Of a DNA stretch of 64,000 bases, positions 51,301 to 64,000 are shown piece by piece. Both the position numbers and the translations under genes were made by a program. Numbering within the stretch: position 1 is the first letter of the stretch; every line of letters starts with the position of its first letter. Source of the DNA: Blasia pusilla (Eukaryota); contig CM114271.1 in assembly GCA_050084515.1 (NCBI GenBank), positions 10,106,001-10,170,000 of the forward strand. The letters are read 5' to 3'. The notes below the pieces were generated by a model. The model did not search any database and was not told where the DNA came from. It saw nothing but the letters and a program-made list of their open reading frames with translations.

Positions 51301-53830
51301 ATTCTGTTTAACTTCTTCCCAAAGCTACCAACCGTTCAACTTCTGCAGTGTTCACCGGATTAATTTCTTCACTAAAAACTGTCACGTAACTGTCAAAAGT
51401 AGGAACTCTTGGAAAGGTACACTTGTGATCCCTCGAACTCATAATTAATTTCTAATGATTTAAGGGGGTCCATAACGGAACGTTCCTAATTTCAAATAGC
51501 TTCCACTTTATTCTCATTTCCTAATATGTATTCCCTACTTTTAAATCTAAGTGAAATATTTCTTACTAAGGGAATTATTTCCGAGAGGTATCTAAACTCG
51601 TCTAAAATCTCTACAACTTAAGAAAGATGTATATCACATTGAGAGCGGTCTTGTCTAAGCTGAGGGAAAATCAGCTGTATGCGATTGTAGAGAAGAGCGA
51701 ATTTGGTTTGAGCAAGATCAAATTCTTGGGTCACGTGGTCAATGTAGATGGCGTCTGTCCAGACATGGAGAAGGTGAAAGCGATTGTCGAGTGGGAACCC
51801 CTATCCACTGTAAAGGGGATGAGGAGGTTCATAGGTGCGTTGCAATTCTATCGCACTTATGTGAAAAAAATTTCGGGAATTGTGAGACCTATCACGGATT
51901 GGATAGCAAAGTTTGCCAACACAACTTGGACCCAGGAAGTTAATGAGGCATTCAGCCGAGTGAAGCAGATTCTATCGCAGAACCGATTGAAGTCTGCCGG
52001 AGTTTGACAAACCGTTCGAAGTGCATACCGATGCTAGTGATTTCGCGGTTGCAGGAATGTTGGTGCAAGAAGGGAGACCGGTGGCATACGAAAGCAAGAA
52101 GCTTAGCGATACTGAAAGGAGATGGCCTACTCACGAGAAAGAGTTGTTCGCGGTGGTACATTGCTTGAGGAAGTGGCGGCATTATCTAGGGCTCCACAGG
52201 ACTCGAGTATTCACTGATAATATATCACTCAAGTATTTTGAGACCTAGGATCGAGTGACAGCGAAACAACTGCGATGGCATGATACCTTGGCGCTGATTC
52301 ACAAGCCAGGTAAAGATAATGTGATTCCAGATGCATTGAGTCACAAGGAGGAACACATGCCATCGACGACACAGGTCTTGAGAGCAATGTTCCCTAAAGA
52401 AACAGACCTGGAAAGAAGGATTCGTGAAGGATATATGAAGGATGCTCACGCAAGGGAGTATCTGAGGAAGTTGAAGCAGGGTGAGAAGGTGGCCAACATA
52501 AGTTTGAGGCACGGTTTACTAAGGTTCAAACAGAGTAGGATCTATGTAGGGCAAGGCAAGATGCAGACCAAAGTGTTAGCGGAGTGTCACACTTGACCCT
52601 TGGCATGACATAAAGGAGAGAAATCTACGCTAGCTGTTCTGTCGAAGCGGTTCTTTTGGCCCAACATGAAAGAGGATGTTGCTCAATATGTGACCTGCCA
52701 AGCGAATAGAGTCTCTTATGATAAGAAACAGGGCTTGCTGCATCCCTTGCCAATGCCAGAAAGACCCTTGCAAAGTGTGAGTATGGATTTCATCACGAGT
52801 CTTCCGGAATCTGAGGGATACAACGCTATACTTGTGATTGTTGATCGGTTTAGCAAGTTGGCGAGATTCGTACCGACGGTGGATTTCGCAACGGCTTATA
52901 CGACCTCGCAATTGTTTCTTGATAGCTGGTGGCGTGCTCACGGGTTGCCGAGGAGCATTGTTTCAGATCGGGATCCAAAGTTTACCAGTGCTTTCTGGAA
53001 GCACTTGTTCAGAAGGTTTAAGACCAAGCTAAGTTTCAGTACGGCTTTCCACCCACAGACGGATGGGGCCGATGAAAAAAAGGTAAACTCTATCGTGAAT
53101 CAATACTTAAGGAATTATGTCGTCTTTGATCAACGAGATTGGGTCAAGTGGTGAGCATGGCGGCATCTTTGCTACAACTCGACCAAGCATTTCGCGAATC
53201 GAGAATCTCCGTTTCTCCTAGCAAATGGACGAGAGCCAGAAGGGCCTCTTGACCTAGCCCTTTCGAAGGGTACTACATTGGCACGAACACGGCAAGCGAC
53301 GGCAGAAGGTTTGTTCGTGGAGATTCGAGAACGGGAAGAGCGAGCAAGGCAAAGTCTTGTAAAGGCTCAAATGAGGTACGTTAAGCATGCTAACAAGAGT
53401 CGGCGCCAAGTGTGGTTGAGTGTGAAGAACCTCACTCTTCCGAAAGAGTTTATGTCGCCCGCCAAGTATCTTTGGACCGTATGTGATTGTGGCAAACCTG
53501 TTTGAGGATGTGTATACGTTGAGGCTGCCGGACGAGTTCAAGATTCACCCGACCTTTCATGTGTCATTTTTGAAGAAATATCTTCAAGATAATGGACGTT
53601 TCGCGTGGAGACAGGTGGTGAGACCGCACCCGATCATCATAAATGAAGAGCCGGAGTTTGAGGTGAAGACCATCTTACGTTCGAGGCGTCGGGCCAACAA
53701 GTATGAATACTTGGTAAAATGGAAGGGCTACCATGTGAAGGAGGCGACTTGGATTGCGGAGGCGGATTTGGAACACGCGCAAGAGTTGTTGCGAGACTTC
53801 AAGCGAACACAAGCGAAGCACATACGTTAG
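48314..53830 (+). pseudogene. Chromovirus gag-pol (gag, CCHC, PR, RT, RH, INT, chromodomain)
   Basis: [72 protein letters not shown] and EFEVKTIL..YLVKWKGY..ATW. Confidence 0.95.
50605..51638. mobile_element. Solo LTR inserted in the chromovirus RT
   Basis: TG...CA termini and TSD GTGAG/TTGAG (50600-50604, 51639-51643). Removing it restores the RT frame HIRHV|RAVLSKLRENQLY. Confidence 0.85.
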
Positions 53831-54520
53831 TACGAGGAGAAGCTAGAGACATGACTTGTAACCAGTGGAATCTTGGGCTGAAGGCCGTTGTAACTAGAAT
53901 ATGCTAGTGTTGCAATAAAGGAGTGTATGGATTTGGAGATTCGATGCCAGAGTTGATTGCAATTTGTATGTGGTAGTGCATGGCTATGAGTTGTTCATCA
54001 TAGGCTTAGGATGTAAGTCAAGAGGACAGACAAGGAGTATTTGAGGTGAGAGCTCGTATGTGGATAAGCACCTAGAACAGGACCTTGTGTTGGATTACAC
54101 TCGGGCTCGCCCTAGCGTCGGCGGGGCAGATGAAGTCTGTCTTGGGGCTTGGGGTGATCTTACTTGTGGCTACATAAGTAAACTTAGTGACGCGCCTAAG
54201 TCGAATACGAGAGCGACCCAATAGTAGTACGATTTGTAGACCATGTAAATAGGTGTGATGTTTACAGGAATGAGTCAGAAGAGTCTAAGGTTGCACACTT
54301 AGTTAGCTTATTTGATAGGTTAGTTCCTTGGAACTAGTCCAAGCTTATCAAAGAGGAGAGGCTAATAATTCTAAGTGGGGCAAAGCGACAACTATAGACT
54401 AAGAGGAATTGCGGGTTAGCCACCAAAACGCAATTCAATGTCAAGGGGTAGGCTGCCCAGGAGACTTGATATAACAAAGGTTTGCGTTGATGAGGGCATC
54501 AACCTCTAAAGAGGGGTGAG

Positions 54521-55477
54521 TGTCGCGACCCTCATGACCAAACGAGTGCCAAGCGGAACATCGGAACATTAGCGGGCTCACGCTAAGATGGTTTGCGCGT
54601 TGGAGTAGTCTCGAAGAGGAGACAAGAGACGAGATGCGAGCGAGGTTTCGCGTTTCAGATGTTGTGGTCGTGACCAAGAAACCTGGACCAAACGCGGAAT
54701 GAGACTTGAAATAAGTCAAGTCTAGAAAGTGGGTTGCCAAAAGGAAGAATCCGGATTTGGAACGCCACTAGTGTTTGAGAGTTTCTGACTGTATTTTTAA
54801 CCATAAATTTTAGTGCCAAGATGCATTTGGATGAAATAAGGATGCATTGGAAGGCTTATGGAAATCCGGTTCAAATGCACTAAAGATCTTTGCAAACGCA
54901 TAAGCAAAGGCTGAGAAAAAACCCGGAAACGACTGTGAGTGGAGTCGGGTTGAGGGCCACAATGAAGGGCCCGACCCTCCTTTTCCAAAGGGGATTTTAT
55001 TTGAGAACCCCAGAAGTACTAGTAAGGGGGAAGGTCTCCGAGAGTGCTTGGAACCCGAACGCGAGTTTGGGAGTTGGGTTGGAAAACCTGCACCGAGTCT
55101 ATTGAGGTGATTTTAGACATCCCTCTTGGATTTCACCCCGCGACTCAATTACTTGGGTCTCGGTTAGGAACTCACACGAGGTCCGTTGAACAGTTGGGAT
55201 CGCTACGCGCGCAAGTGCCATTTCAGATCCCTGGACTAACGAAGAAGTCTGTTCCAAGTCTTGAAGGACTTGCCATGTTTTGGAAACTAGGAACTAAGGA
55301 AGGTTGAGCTTGATGAGACGCTGAGTTGAGAACTCGGTGGGTTGGAACGCTAGTTGGCCCACACCCGACTAACAAGAGTGCGTGTTTGGGTGCAGATCGG
55401 CGATGAGATCGTGATCTACTAAACGTACGCTTCCGCAACACTAAAGATTGATGTTCAAGGAGAGTAGGGGCGCGACA
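54521..55477 (+). repeat. Chromovirus 3' LTR
   Basis: Direct repeat of 47297-48164, preceded by the PPT. Confidence 0.93.
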
Positions 55478-55502
55478 GCAGCCATGTGAATTGAGTGAAT
55501 GA

Positions 55503-58500
55503 ACTATGCCAATCCTGTTGACCATAGTCAACGGCGGCCGATCATCGTGCCTCACTGCCTATGATCAATGACCTAGAAACAAAATAGAATCCACCAACAA
55601 ATCAGAGGGGCGCTCCACTCTTGCATACGCCCTCCGCAAAACCTCATTTGGCACAAAGTTGGTCGACCAAAGACGTGGGCAGTGTGCTCTAGAACCTACA
55701 CTCGCCACATCCAAAAACACAGTCGAGCCGATCCATGCGCGCACCTGATGTGCACTCGTCACCACAAATAACCTCGAATCGCCCAAAATTGGCATATTCT
55801 CTAGAATGTATGTTGGAGAACGGGACTGATGCTCTTGTAAGTGTCGCAAGATTTGCATCATCTCCCAAAACAACCTAGACCGAGAGTTAGCTAATCTGCT
55901 ACCTCGTCCAGCACTCTACTGGCACTCACACGGCCAACCAGCAATGACCAAGTCTATGGTCCCTACCCACTCCAAGTCCTGCCCCCAACAATAAAATGTC
56001 CCTTGGTAGGGAACTCTGGTAACCCTGGATAGGGAACGCAGACAACAAGTCATGAAAATGGAGACGTAACTGTGCGACATGGTGAAGTGAAGCGCGCCTC
56101 GTAACATCATCAATCTCCACATATAGGTACTGCTGCATGCGTGCTCCTGCATGCAAAAAAGCAGCTGACCTAATGTTGATTCCTCCAAAGAGATCCAACA
56201 CCCGAATACCCTCCTCTGGGATGCGCCACATAATGGGTGTGGTATCCAAGGGCATCATCATAGCACTCTCAGCTATCTTGGGTTCCTCTGACCCGTCAAG
56301 CTCTGGTGCAAACGTCCATGTAGTCTGCACCTGCTCAATGGCTAAGCGTTGAAGATCCTCAGTCCAGCCCCAAAGTGGAAATTCTTCTCCACGGACTGAT
56401 GCGGCGACCATGACACTCCTCTCCATAGACATTTCAAGAACGGGAGTATCCTCTGCATGGATATGTCCCTCAATCAAATCACTAGGCCAAGTGATGGCAA
56501 TGCTAAATGCTGCTAAGATCACCATCACTCTTGGCTGGCGCTCGATCATTGCACTTGTGAATCGAACGGGTAATGAGCTAAGGGGCCCATCACCCAATTT
56601 CCATCCTCGTCTGAAGGATGCTAACTCCTCCCAATAATCCAAGGAAAACCTCATCGGGTACAATATTGCTCTATCAGCCAAGACGTGGTAGGATTCTACA
56701 TCAATCACCATCGCCTTGGCTCACACCACAGACTCACGTGTAGGATGTCCCAGGCGAATCCTCACCATGACCTCATGTCGGGTGATATACTATGTGGTAC
56801 TTGCTCCATCCAAGGATGTCTATATCTGGAATGGACAATACTCCACATCAACCCTTGTCAGCCCCAAACCTGTGAATGCCACTTTCCCCAACATTAGGGT
56901 TGCGCTCCTGAATCCAACAAGATGCACTGCATACTAAAAGCTCTACCCCCTGGACTCACCAACTGGAAGACCTCTCCATGGTTATCCAGAAAAAATAACA
57001 CCCGGAGAAGCCATGGCACGCTCTATTGCGGGTCTAGCAGGCATCTCCGCCATCCTAGCAGCCGCAGCCTACCATGAATATGACGTGGACGGCCCAAGCA
57101 TCAATTCCAAGGGCAGGTCCATCACCTCCTCTACAATCACCTCTGAACGCGATGCAAGAAATCCAACTCCACGCTCATATAGCGTAGCGTCCAGCCGGAA
57201 AACCTCGACGGACGTACCTCCCAATGTCATAATATCATAAGCAAAATAATAAGGAGCGTAGTACACAATAGTGGCTGCCCCCAACAATGTGCTCAACACA
57301 TGCTCCTTCTGAGCATCAGCTATAGGAATCGTCGCACTCGCTTCTCCCATCTTCCTCTATGCGTGCACACCAAAAACATCACCAACTCTCCAAGAACTCT
57401 GATCAGGTACCATCGATGGGGTCCTCATTACCTCGGAAAACATGAAGGACTAAGGAAGATTGGTCTATTTCCTGGCTTCCCCTCGCTATGGATCCAACTC
57501 TGCGGCTACTCCACACTTAACAACTGCGGCGGCCTCCATATGGGAAACCTCGCACATCCAACCAGGATCCTCTATATCTTTGGCGGCTCCATAAGACGTC
57601 AGTGCCACGGATCCGGCATCGGGTAATCTCACTGCCATAGCGGCAATCTGATGCTGTAGCTATTGTATCTAAGCAACCATCCTAGCCTCATGCCTGGCAT
57701 CTCCCTCGATGCGTCTAGGTGGTGGGACTCTACCTCCTCCACGGACAACTCCACCATCCCCTCGGGCAAATCCAACTCCTCGTCCCCCAAGGGGACTACC
57801 TAGTACACGACCTCTAGGCCCACCTGGAGAGACACCTTGCTCTGGTGCCCTTTCTGGCCCTTGGTCTGAACATAACTCAGGATGCAAGCTGAAACATCTA
57901 GCACGTGTGTGACCGTACCTTTGACAATAGTCACACTGATAACCTCTTGGTGCAGCACCATCTCCTCCTCCATGCTAAGGCACACTACCATGACCCTGAC
58001 GAGTGCAATCGCGTTGATGATGGGCTCCACCATATGACCAACAAGTAATCGTAGGTGGCTGGTACTGAGCCGCATATGAAGGCGTAGGTCTCTATGGCAC
58101 GGCCTCCCGGTATCCTCCCTGAGTTCGTGGTGCCACAAACCTATCTCGGAATCCACGCTGCTGCATTGGTGGTGTAGGCAATCGTGACTGCTCTCGCCCA
58201 GAACCCATGGTGGTTACAGTCTCCTCCGCCATGTTGCGCTCAATGTTATCGGTGGTCCTAAAAATATCTCTCAACGTAGGGGAGTTATTCATAAGAAGCA
58301 CCCATCTCGCACACATGTCCGTAGGGTCCCGTCTAGCATCACGTACCATGACTGGATAGCCTAAGCCTCTGTCACCCCATGAGTGACATTTATCAACCCT
58401 TGCAAGTGGGTGTAAGCCTCACGCAAACTCTCACCCGACCACCTTTGCAACTTCTCCGTCCGTACCCCTGGTAGCTCGCCCTCAACTCAGCAAATAACTC

Positions 58501-59150
58501 AACCACGGGGTTGAACTTGGGACAAACTTGACTGGATGATGCAATTGCTCCAGTGCGAGTCACCCCTCCTACAATATCACCGGTGGAGGAACCCTCTCCT
58601 GACTCCTCCTCCTCATCTGGAAACGGCTTAGTCCATGATGATAGTAGAGTCTCCAGGCCTCAATCTCATGGGCACATCTCTACGAGAACTCATGGTAATC
58701 GTCCATGGGTGCCCCCTCTAAATGCTGGAACATTCTGTTCCATGCTCTAAATGGGTTGAACTCTCTAGAGTTCCTAGCCTATTGTGAATCACACAAACCC
58801 CTAAACTCCGCAATGAAGTCGTGTAACTCTATAGTGCCTATAACACCCGAAAACCTACGCGGTCCTCTACCTTGATCGTCCATCTCATACGGCCAACTGG
58901 TAGGACCACTCAATATGTGCAGTGGATCACTAGCACACTCCTCTACACTCTCCCCCTTGTTTGAAGACGACACAGAAGGAGATCGAGGTGGTCTCTCACG
59001 TGGAGACTCTCGAAACCTCACACCACTCCGGGTCAACCCTCTAGAGCTACTCTCAGGTCCACCACCTCGCCTCTCAAAGTATCGAACGGACGCCGTGATG
59101 ACCCTCGTGCCCCTCACATGATCACTCTCAACCTCACAAGTAATCACTCA
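55503..59150 (-). pseudogene. Diverged copy of the DNMT-gypsy family: gag, protease and DNMT3-like motifs I-VIII, truncated
   Basis: GPRRFSGVIGTIELHDF (gag), LLDSGAQP (PR), IRVLDLFGGIN, YLYVEID, DLVIAGWPCECQ, FWEMMQIL, YILENMP and AHCPRLWSTNF. Confidence 0.88.
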
Positions 59151-60467
59151 AGCACTCAACTAAACAGGCAGCACTTAATCCACACTCTCTCACTAAGACG
59201 TGTGTTGTGCAGCAACAAGCGGCGTAGTGCAAAAAATAGACTATTGTCCTATCATCTCATTGACAGGACATACCCTCAACTCCGGACATCCCACACAGGT
59301 CTATGTCCCCTAAACCCATACATCAATGATGCTCTCAACATCTACACCAAACCCAATATCCCAAATAACTGCCCAATACCCGAAAATCCCTAACACGTGC
59401 AGGGCAAAAGACTAGAATGGGTAACATGACAATAAATGTCGATGTCGCTCCTCAACAAGTGCAAATCTTGACCCAAACTCTGTTGTAAAGACAACTCCTC
59501 CAAATAGCACGTCATACTCCCCTGGTACTAAGGATGCTCAAATCTCCTCGATGTGCTGTGCAGATCCAACGGTCTGGTCAGGCACTGGCGGCACAGAATG
59601 GCTACATACGGCATGGCACTCAAGAATGGGATGCGGCACTTGGCCGCATACCCTCCTTAGTCTATAAAATACAATATGCTCCGAATGATGGTACGGCTCC
59701 TCGATCGAGATGGTGCGGTGCGGCCACGAGCGGCACGACGCAGCAATAGGCGGCGCGTTGCGGCTACAGGCGTCACGACATGGTATTCGATTGTCATCGA
59801 GTAGCTAAAAATCACGGCATAATAAAGCAAAAGGAACACTTTGACCTCATCAATTAGAAAATGCAAACGGCCGACCGCGGCAGTCTTGGACAAAGCCTCA
59901 GACGCCCGGCTCTACGGGTGGCAATAACATAGGATCGGACGGAGGAGCGCATGGCTGCATGGCGGCTCAGTATTTTGTTGGCACTAGGAGGTCTGACAAC
60001 TAGGTAGAGGCCCTGAAGCATCGATGGACCATATAGCATACAACGCCGGTCTCCGGCACAGTCGGCTAGGACGTGGTAGGAGAAATGTTGTCCCCTGCAA
60101 AATTTTTAATTTTATTTTAACTAGAATAACCCCCTAGGAAAATTGGATCTCCATTATCTTTCCTTACTTGATAGCCCCCCTCCTGATAGGTCTGCAAATT
60201 GAATGCCTTACCACAAATCCCTCCTAAGATTGAGGGTCAACACCCCCCAAAAATGGGATTTACTCACCCTACCTCAAAATAACTGAATTCACTTGACCTA
60301 TCCACCAAGTAAACTAAATTTTTTTCTACCTCTCAAGAAAGAATTCTACCCAAAATTTTTGAAATTTCACTCACACCTTGGAACGGTGGCTATGGCAGCC
60401 CAACAAAAATGATCATAACTCCGTGCTCCATTCTCCAAATTGTGCACTGTTTCTTCAGGACAAGCTT

Positions 60468-61663
60468 CTTTGTAAAGAAGATGGAAGATAGTGTGTGTAC
60501 AAAGACTAGAAAAGAAGGACGAAGACTCCAGAGCAAAGACTAAGAACTCAAAGAAGGAAGAGGAAGAAGCGGAAGAGGTCAAAGAGTCTTCACACAAGTG
60601 GACAAGAATATTAAGAAGAGGAATAGAAAGATAGAGAATCCCTAGGAGAAAGTTGAAGTAAAGACTCTTCGAGACGGCTGAAGGATAAAGAGTCTTTGCA
60701 CGAAGATAGGATAGGAAAGAGAAAGACTACAAAGACTAGGAAGAGTCTTTTGCGAAGAACGGCGAAGAGCACGAAGACTAAACCGTCGCGGCAGTTTTGG
60801 AAGCCAGAAAAGGGAGAGTCGCGGAAATTACAACCGTTTAAAAGGGAGCGGAAAGGAAACGCCAAGACAATGAAAAGTCTTAGGAAGATGGAAGGTTGGA
60901 GAAATTGGAATCAAAGCGTTAGGATTAGTAGTTAGAAATCTAGATTAGAGAAGGAAGATCAATTGAAATTGTAAATATTATTTAAAGAGAAATTAGTAAA
61001 AGAAGGGATTATCGTTTTCCCTTGCATCTTGAACTCTTCAATACTCTTTCGTGTATCTTGAGTCTACCAACAGTCTTGGTGAGTGTGCAAGGATTTTTGT
61101 TGGGGGATGATCCAAGCTGAATAGTCTTTTACTTTCTGAAGCTTGTACTACTTCTGAGTTCTTCCACTCTTTGATGTAGAAGAAGAGTCTTCTTTCATTC
61201 TTTCTAAAGTGCGGAACTGAATGTGGATCTTATTGGGCTGTAGTAGAGATGAGAGTTGAGTCTTGTAGTTTCAAAATTCCAGAAGATAATAAGGAAGAAG
61301 CGTAGGAAAGTTGTTAGACAGTGAGTAACCTGCCATGATAGTTTTAGCTCTAAAAGTAGGGAGAGCCGCCATTCTTGAGATCTCCTTAAGGTCTTCATGG
61401 AGGTTGGTTATTGCAGATTCACAAGAGTCTTTCTCTACACTTGAGAAGAGTCTTTTCTATGAGGAAAGAAGAATATCTTCTTCTTTTTTTTACTTTTATG
61501 AAAATAGAGTTGTTAGAGTTAGTGAAGAGTTTTAACTGAAGCTAGAAGTTATTCTTGTTATTTCTTATGAAGCCTCTCTTTACTTAGGAAACAATGGTTC
61601 TTGGAAAAAAACTTAATACTTTTCGATAGAAATGGTATCTTTTTCCTTAACTTGTACATTACA
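60468..61663 (+). repeat. 5'-truncated Athila-like family LTR
   Basis: Homologous to 12439-13697 and ends TTGTACATTACA. It is embedded in remnants resembling the 37943-40220 family. Confidence 0.75.
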
Positions 61664-61750
61664 TGATCCTCAATCTCTTAAGCCTATCCTCTTCTACTTG
61701 CAAAGGTGCTCTACCAGATCTCTCTGATCTATCCTAAAAAAGTGGTGACG

Positions 61751-64000
61751 GTGTGCAGGAGTCAAAGGTAGAGGCTATTTCATGCATTCCACGCCCTACA
61801 TATGTGAGTCCAGTTCGTGCATTCATGGGATTGGCGAATTTTTGTTGATTGTACGTCAAGGGTTTTTGTTTGATTGCGAAGCCACTAACCTTGCTGACCA
61901 AGGTGGATCAGGAGTGGTTCTAGGGGGATGAGCAAGAGAGAGCATTTCAACTACTCAAGGACAGGTTGACGTCTATGCCCATATTGAGGAGACCGATCAG
62001 GGGGCGTCCTTTCTAGATGCATACAGATTGGAGAATGTCAGGGCTTGGAGCGATGCTCTCCCACCATGACGATGAGGGTAGAGAGTTCTTGGTGGATTAG
62101 CCTAGTGTGGTATCCACATTTTTGAAATTATGGTAGAAAGATCATTTTTGTAAAGAAATGTAGTGAAGTCTTCACTAATTGAACACTGAAGGCTCAAGAC
62201 TGGAAGTAAAGAAGAATGCATTGCAGAAATTGTGTTGAAGCATGTCAAGTCATGGAAGTGTGGAATTGGGAGAGCTCCACTAAAGGGACAAGACAGAGTG
62301 AGAGATTGAGGATTGCCTTAGAGGAGTGAGAACTTTTGTAAGAGTAGGAAAGGAGAATGATAGGGAAGAAGTAGAAGAGGCGCGGGTGCTTTGTAGGAAA
62401 GACTACGGCGAAGACCGTAGTGTGGGAAGATGGTAAAGACTATTAACAAAGACTTGTAAAGGACTTCTTCTTTGTAGTATAAGTTCAAAGGGACTCTTTG
62501 TGCAAAGATTGTGAACAAAGTATGAAGACCAAAGAGCAAAGACTAAGAAAGCAAAGAAGCAAAAGAAAGAAGAAGAAGGAATCAGCGAGAGTCTTCATAA
62601 AGCGGAAAGATGTATGAAGAGTAGGAATAGGAAGAGGAATAATGTTTTAAAGAAAAAGGATGGAAGGAAGGTTGCAAAGAGAACTTCTTTGCGGTGGCAG
62701 CAACAATAGTATAGTCTTCGCGAAGGTAGGGAAGAGAGTCTTTGTGAAGATAGGAGAGGAGTGCTTCGCGTCCAGCAAAGACTGTAGATAGTGAACTGTC
62801 GCGACAGTTTTGGAAGTTAGAAATGGAAGGGCGTCACAGTTCAGATGGAAGTAGAAGGGAATCAATAGAGAAATCAACCGACTCAGGGAAAATGAAGGGA
62901 TGGAAGAATTGAACCATAAGATTGACAGTTAGAAATCTAGAAGGAAGTAGAAAGGCTACATAGAAAGAGCTACGAATTGTAAAGAGACTATTTAAAGCGA
63001 GTAAAATAGAAGAGCAAGGGGTCATTCCTTGTGTCTTGAGTTCCCATCACTCTTGTTGATTGTGTGAGAAGCATTTTTAAGAGATGATCCGAGCCGAAGA
63101 GCCTTGTACACTATGAAGCTCTTAATGCTTTCTAGTTTCCTCCACTCTTTGATGCAAGAGAAGTGTCCTCGCTCATTATTTTTTATGTGTGGAGCTGAAT
63201 GTCAATCTTATTGGGCTGGTGTAGGGATGAGAGTTGAGTCTTTGATTTTAGAGGATAATCAAGAAGAGCGTATGAAAGTTGTTAGACAGTGAGTAACGTG
63301 TCGTGAGAGATTTAGTTCTGAAAGTAGGGTGAGCGGCAATCTTCTTGAGGTCTCTTTGAGATCCTTGTTTGAACTTTGGTATCCAAGATTTGTAGAACTC
63401 CTTCTCTGCACTTGAGAAGAGTTTTTTTTTAGGAAAGAAAACCATTTTAATCTTTTTTACTATTGAAGACTCGATTGTTGAAGCTATTGAACTACTTAGT
63501 GAAGAAGAAGTTATTCTTTATATTTCTTATAAATCCTCTCTTTTCTGAGGAAATAGTGATCTCTTGGCGATTAAGAGAGTACCTTTTCCTTGAGTTGTAC
63601 ATTACAACTATTCGCTTGAACAATGTTGTATGAGGGTGAGTGCTTGGTTTTTGTGTGGGATGTCACACATTTCAAGTGTTACTTATTCAAAAACCCCTTT
63701 ACCATCATAAGTGATCATCAACCACTTAAGTGGTTGATGGAGTCGGACAAGCTAACATGGAAGCTTACGAGGTGGGCTCTATTGTTGCAAGAGTATGATT
63801 TCCAAGTGGTGTATAGACCTGGGATGCTCAACTAGGATGCAAATGGTTTGAGCCATAATCCATGTCTGAGTTAGTTAGATGCTACTGGAGCTTGATGGCA
63901 TGGAGAGTGTGATGAAGAGTTGGTGCCAAGATGGCACGTATCAGCCTATTTGGGCTTGTTTGCTATAGAATGCGAGAGTGTTGAGACTTCGATGGCGAGG
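61751..64000 (+). pseudogene. RT-connection/RNase H fragment of the DNMT-gypsy family, split by a solo LTR
   Basis: GVQESKVEAI..VRAFMGLAN, HTDW, YEGECLV and SDHQPLKWLMESDKLT..LQEYDFQVV closely match the 21922-23496 ORF. Confidence 0.85.
62106..63606 (+). mobile_element. Solo LTR of the Athila-like family (~1.5 kb)
   Basis: TGTGGTATCCAC...TTGTACATTACA with a degenerate TSD CCTAG/ACTAT. The host RH sequence resumes after it. Confidence 0.82.

Larger units (their letters stand above)
47297..55477 (+). mobile_element. Full-length, decayed chromodomain-containing Ty3/gypsy element (chromovirus)
   Basis: LTRs 47297-48164 and 54521-55477 (TGTCGCG...CGCGACA), TSD GCAGT/GCAGC, tRNA-Met PBS TGGTATCAGAGC (48167-48178), PPT AAAGAGGGGTGAG (54508-54520). 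Confidence 0.95.

Overview
This is a gene-free, heterochromatin-type nest of transposable elements from a plant-like eukaryote. A non-seed land plant is an inference from the element types. No host gene, rRNA/tRNA gene or CRISPR array was recognised. The window holds a decayed full-length Ty1/copia (1430-6729), many fragments and solo LTRs of an Athila-like Ty3/gypsy family with a 3' accessory ORF, two copies of a hAT DNA transposon, a chromodomain Ty3/gypsy (47297-55477) and four pieces of an unusual Ty3/gypsy family. The best-preserved member of that family (19899-29640, minus strand, 4-bp TSD GAGA) combines four rare traits. (1) A DNMT3-like cytosine-5 methyltransferase sits between protease and RT. 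(2) A PHD finger follows the integrase. (3) An 11-nt self-priming PBS is complementary to the predicted transcript 5' end. (4) The LTRs are permuted or split (sense order B-internal-A-GC-B-A), as expected if a 2-LTR circle were integrated through a palindromic CA-GC-TG site inside the LTR. Coordinates and identities were read by eye, and internal domain limits are approximate.
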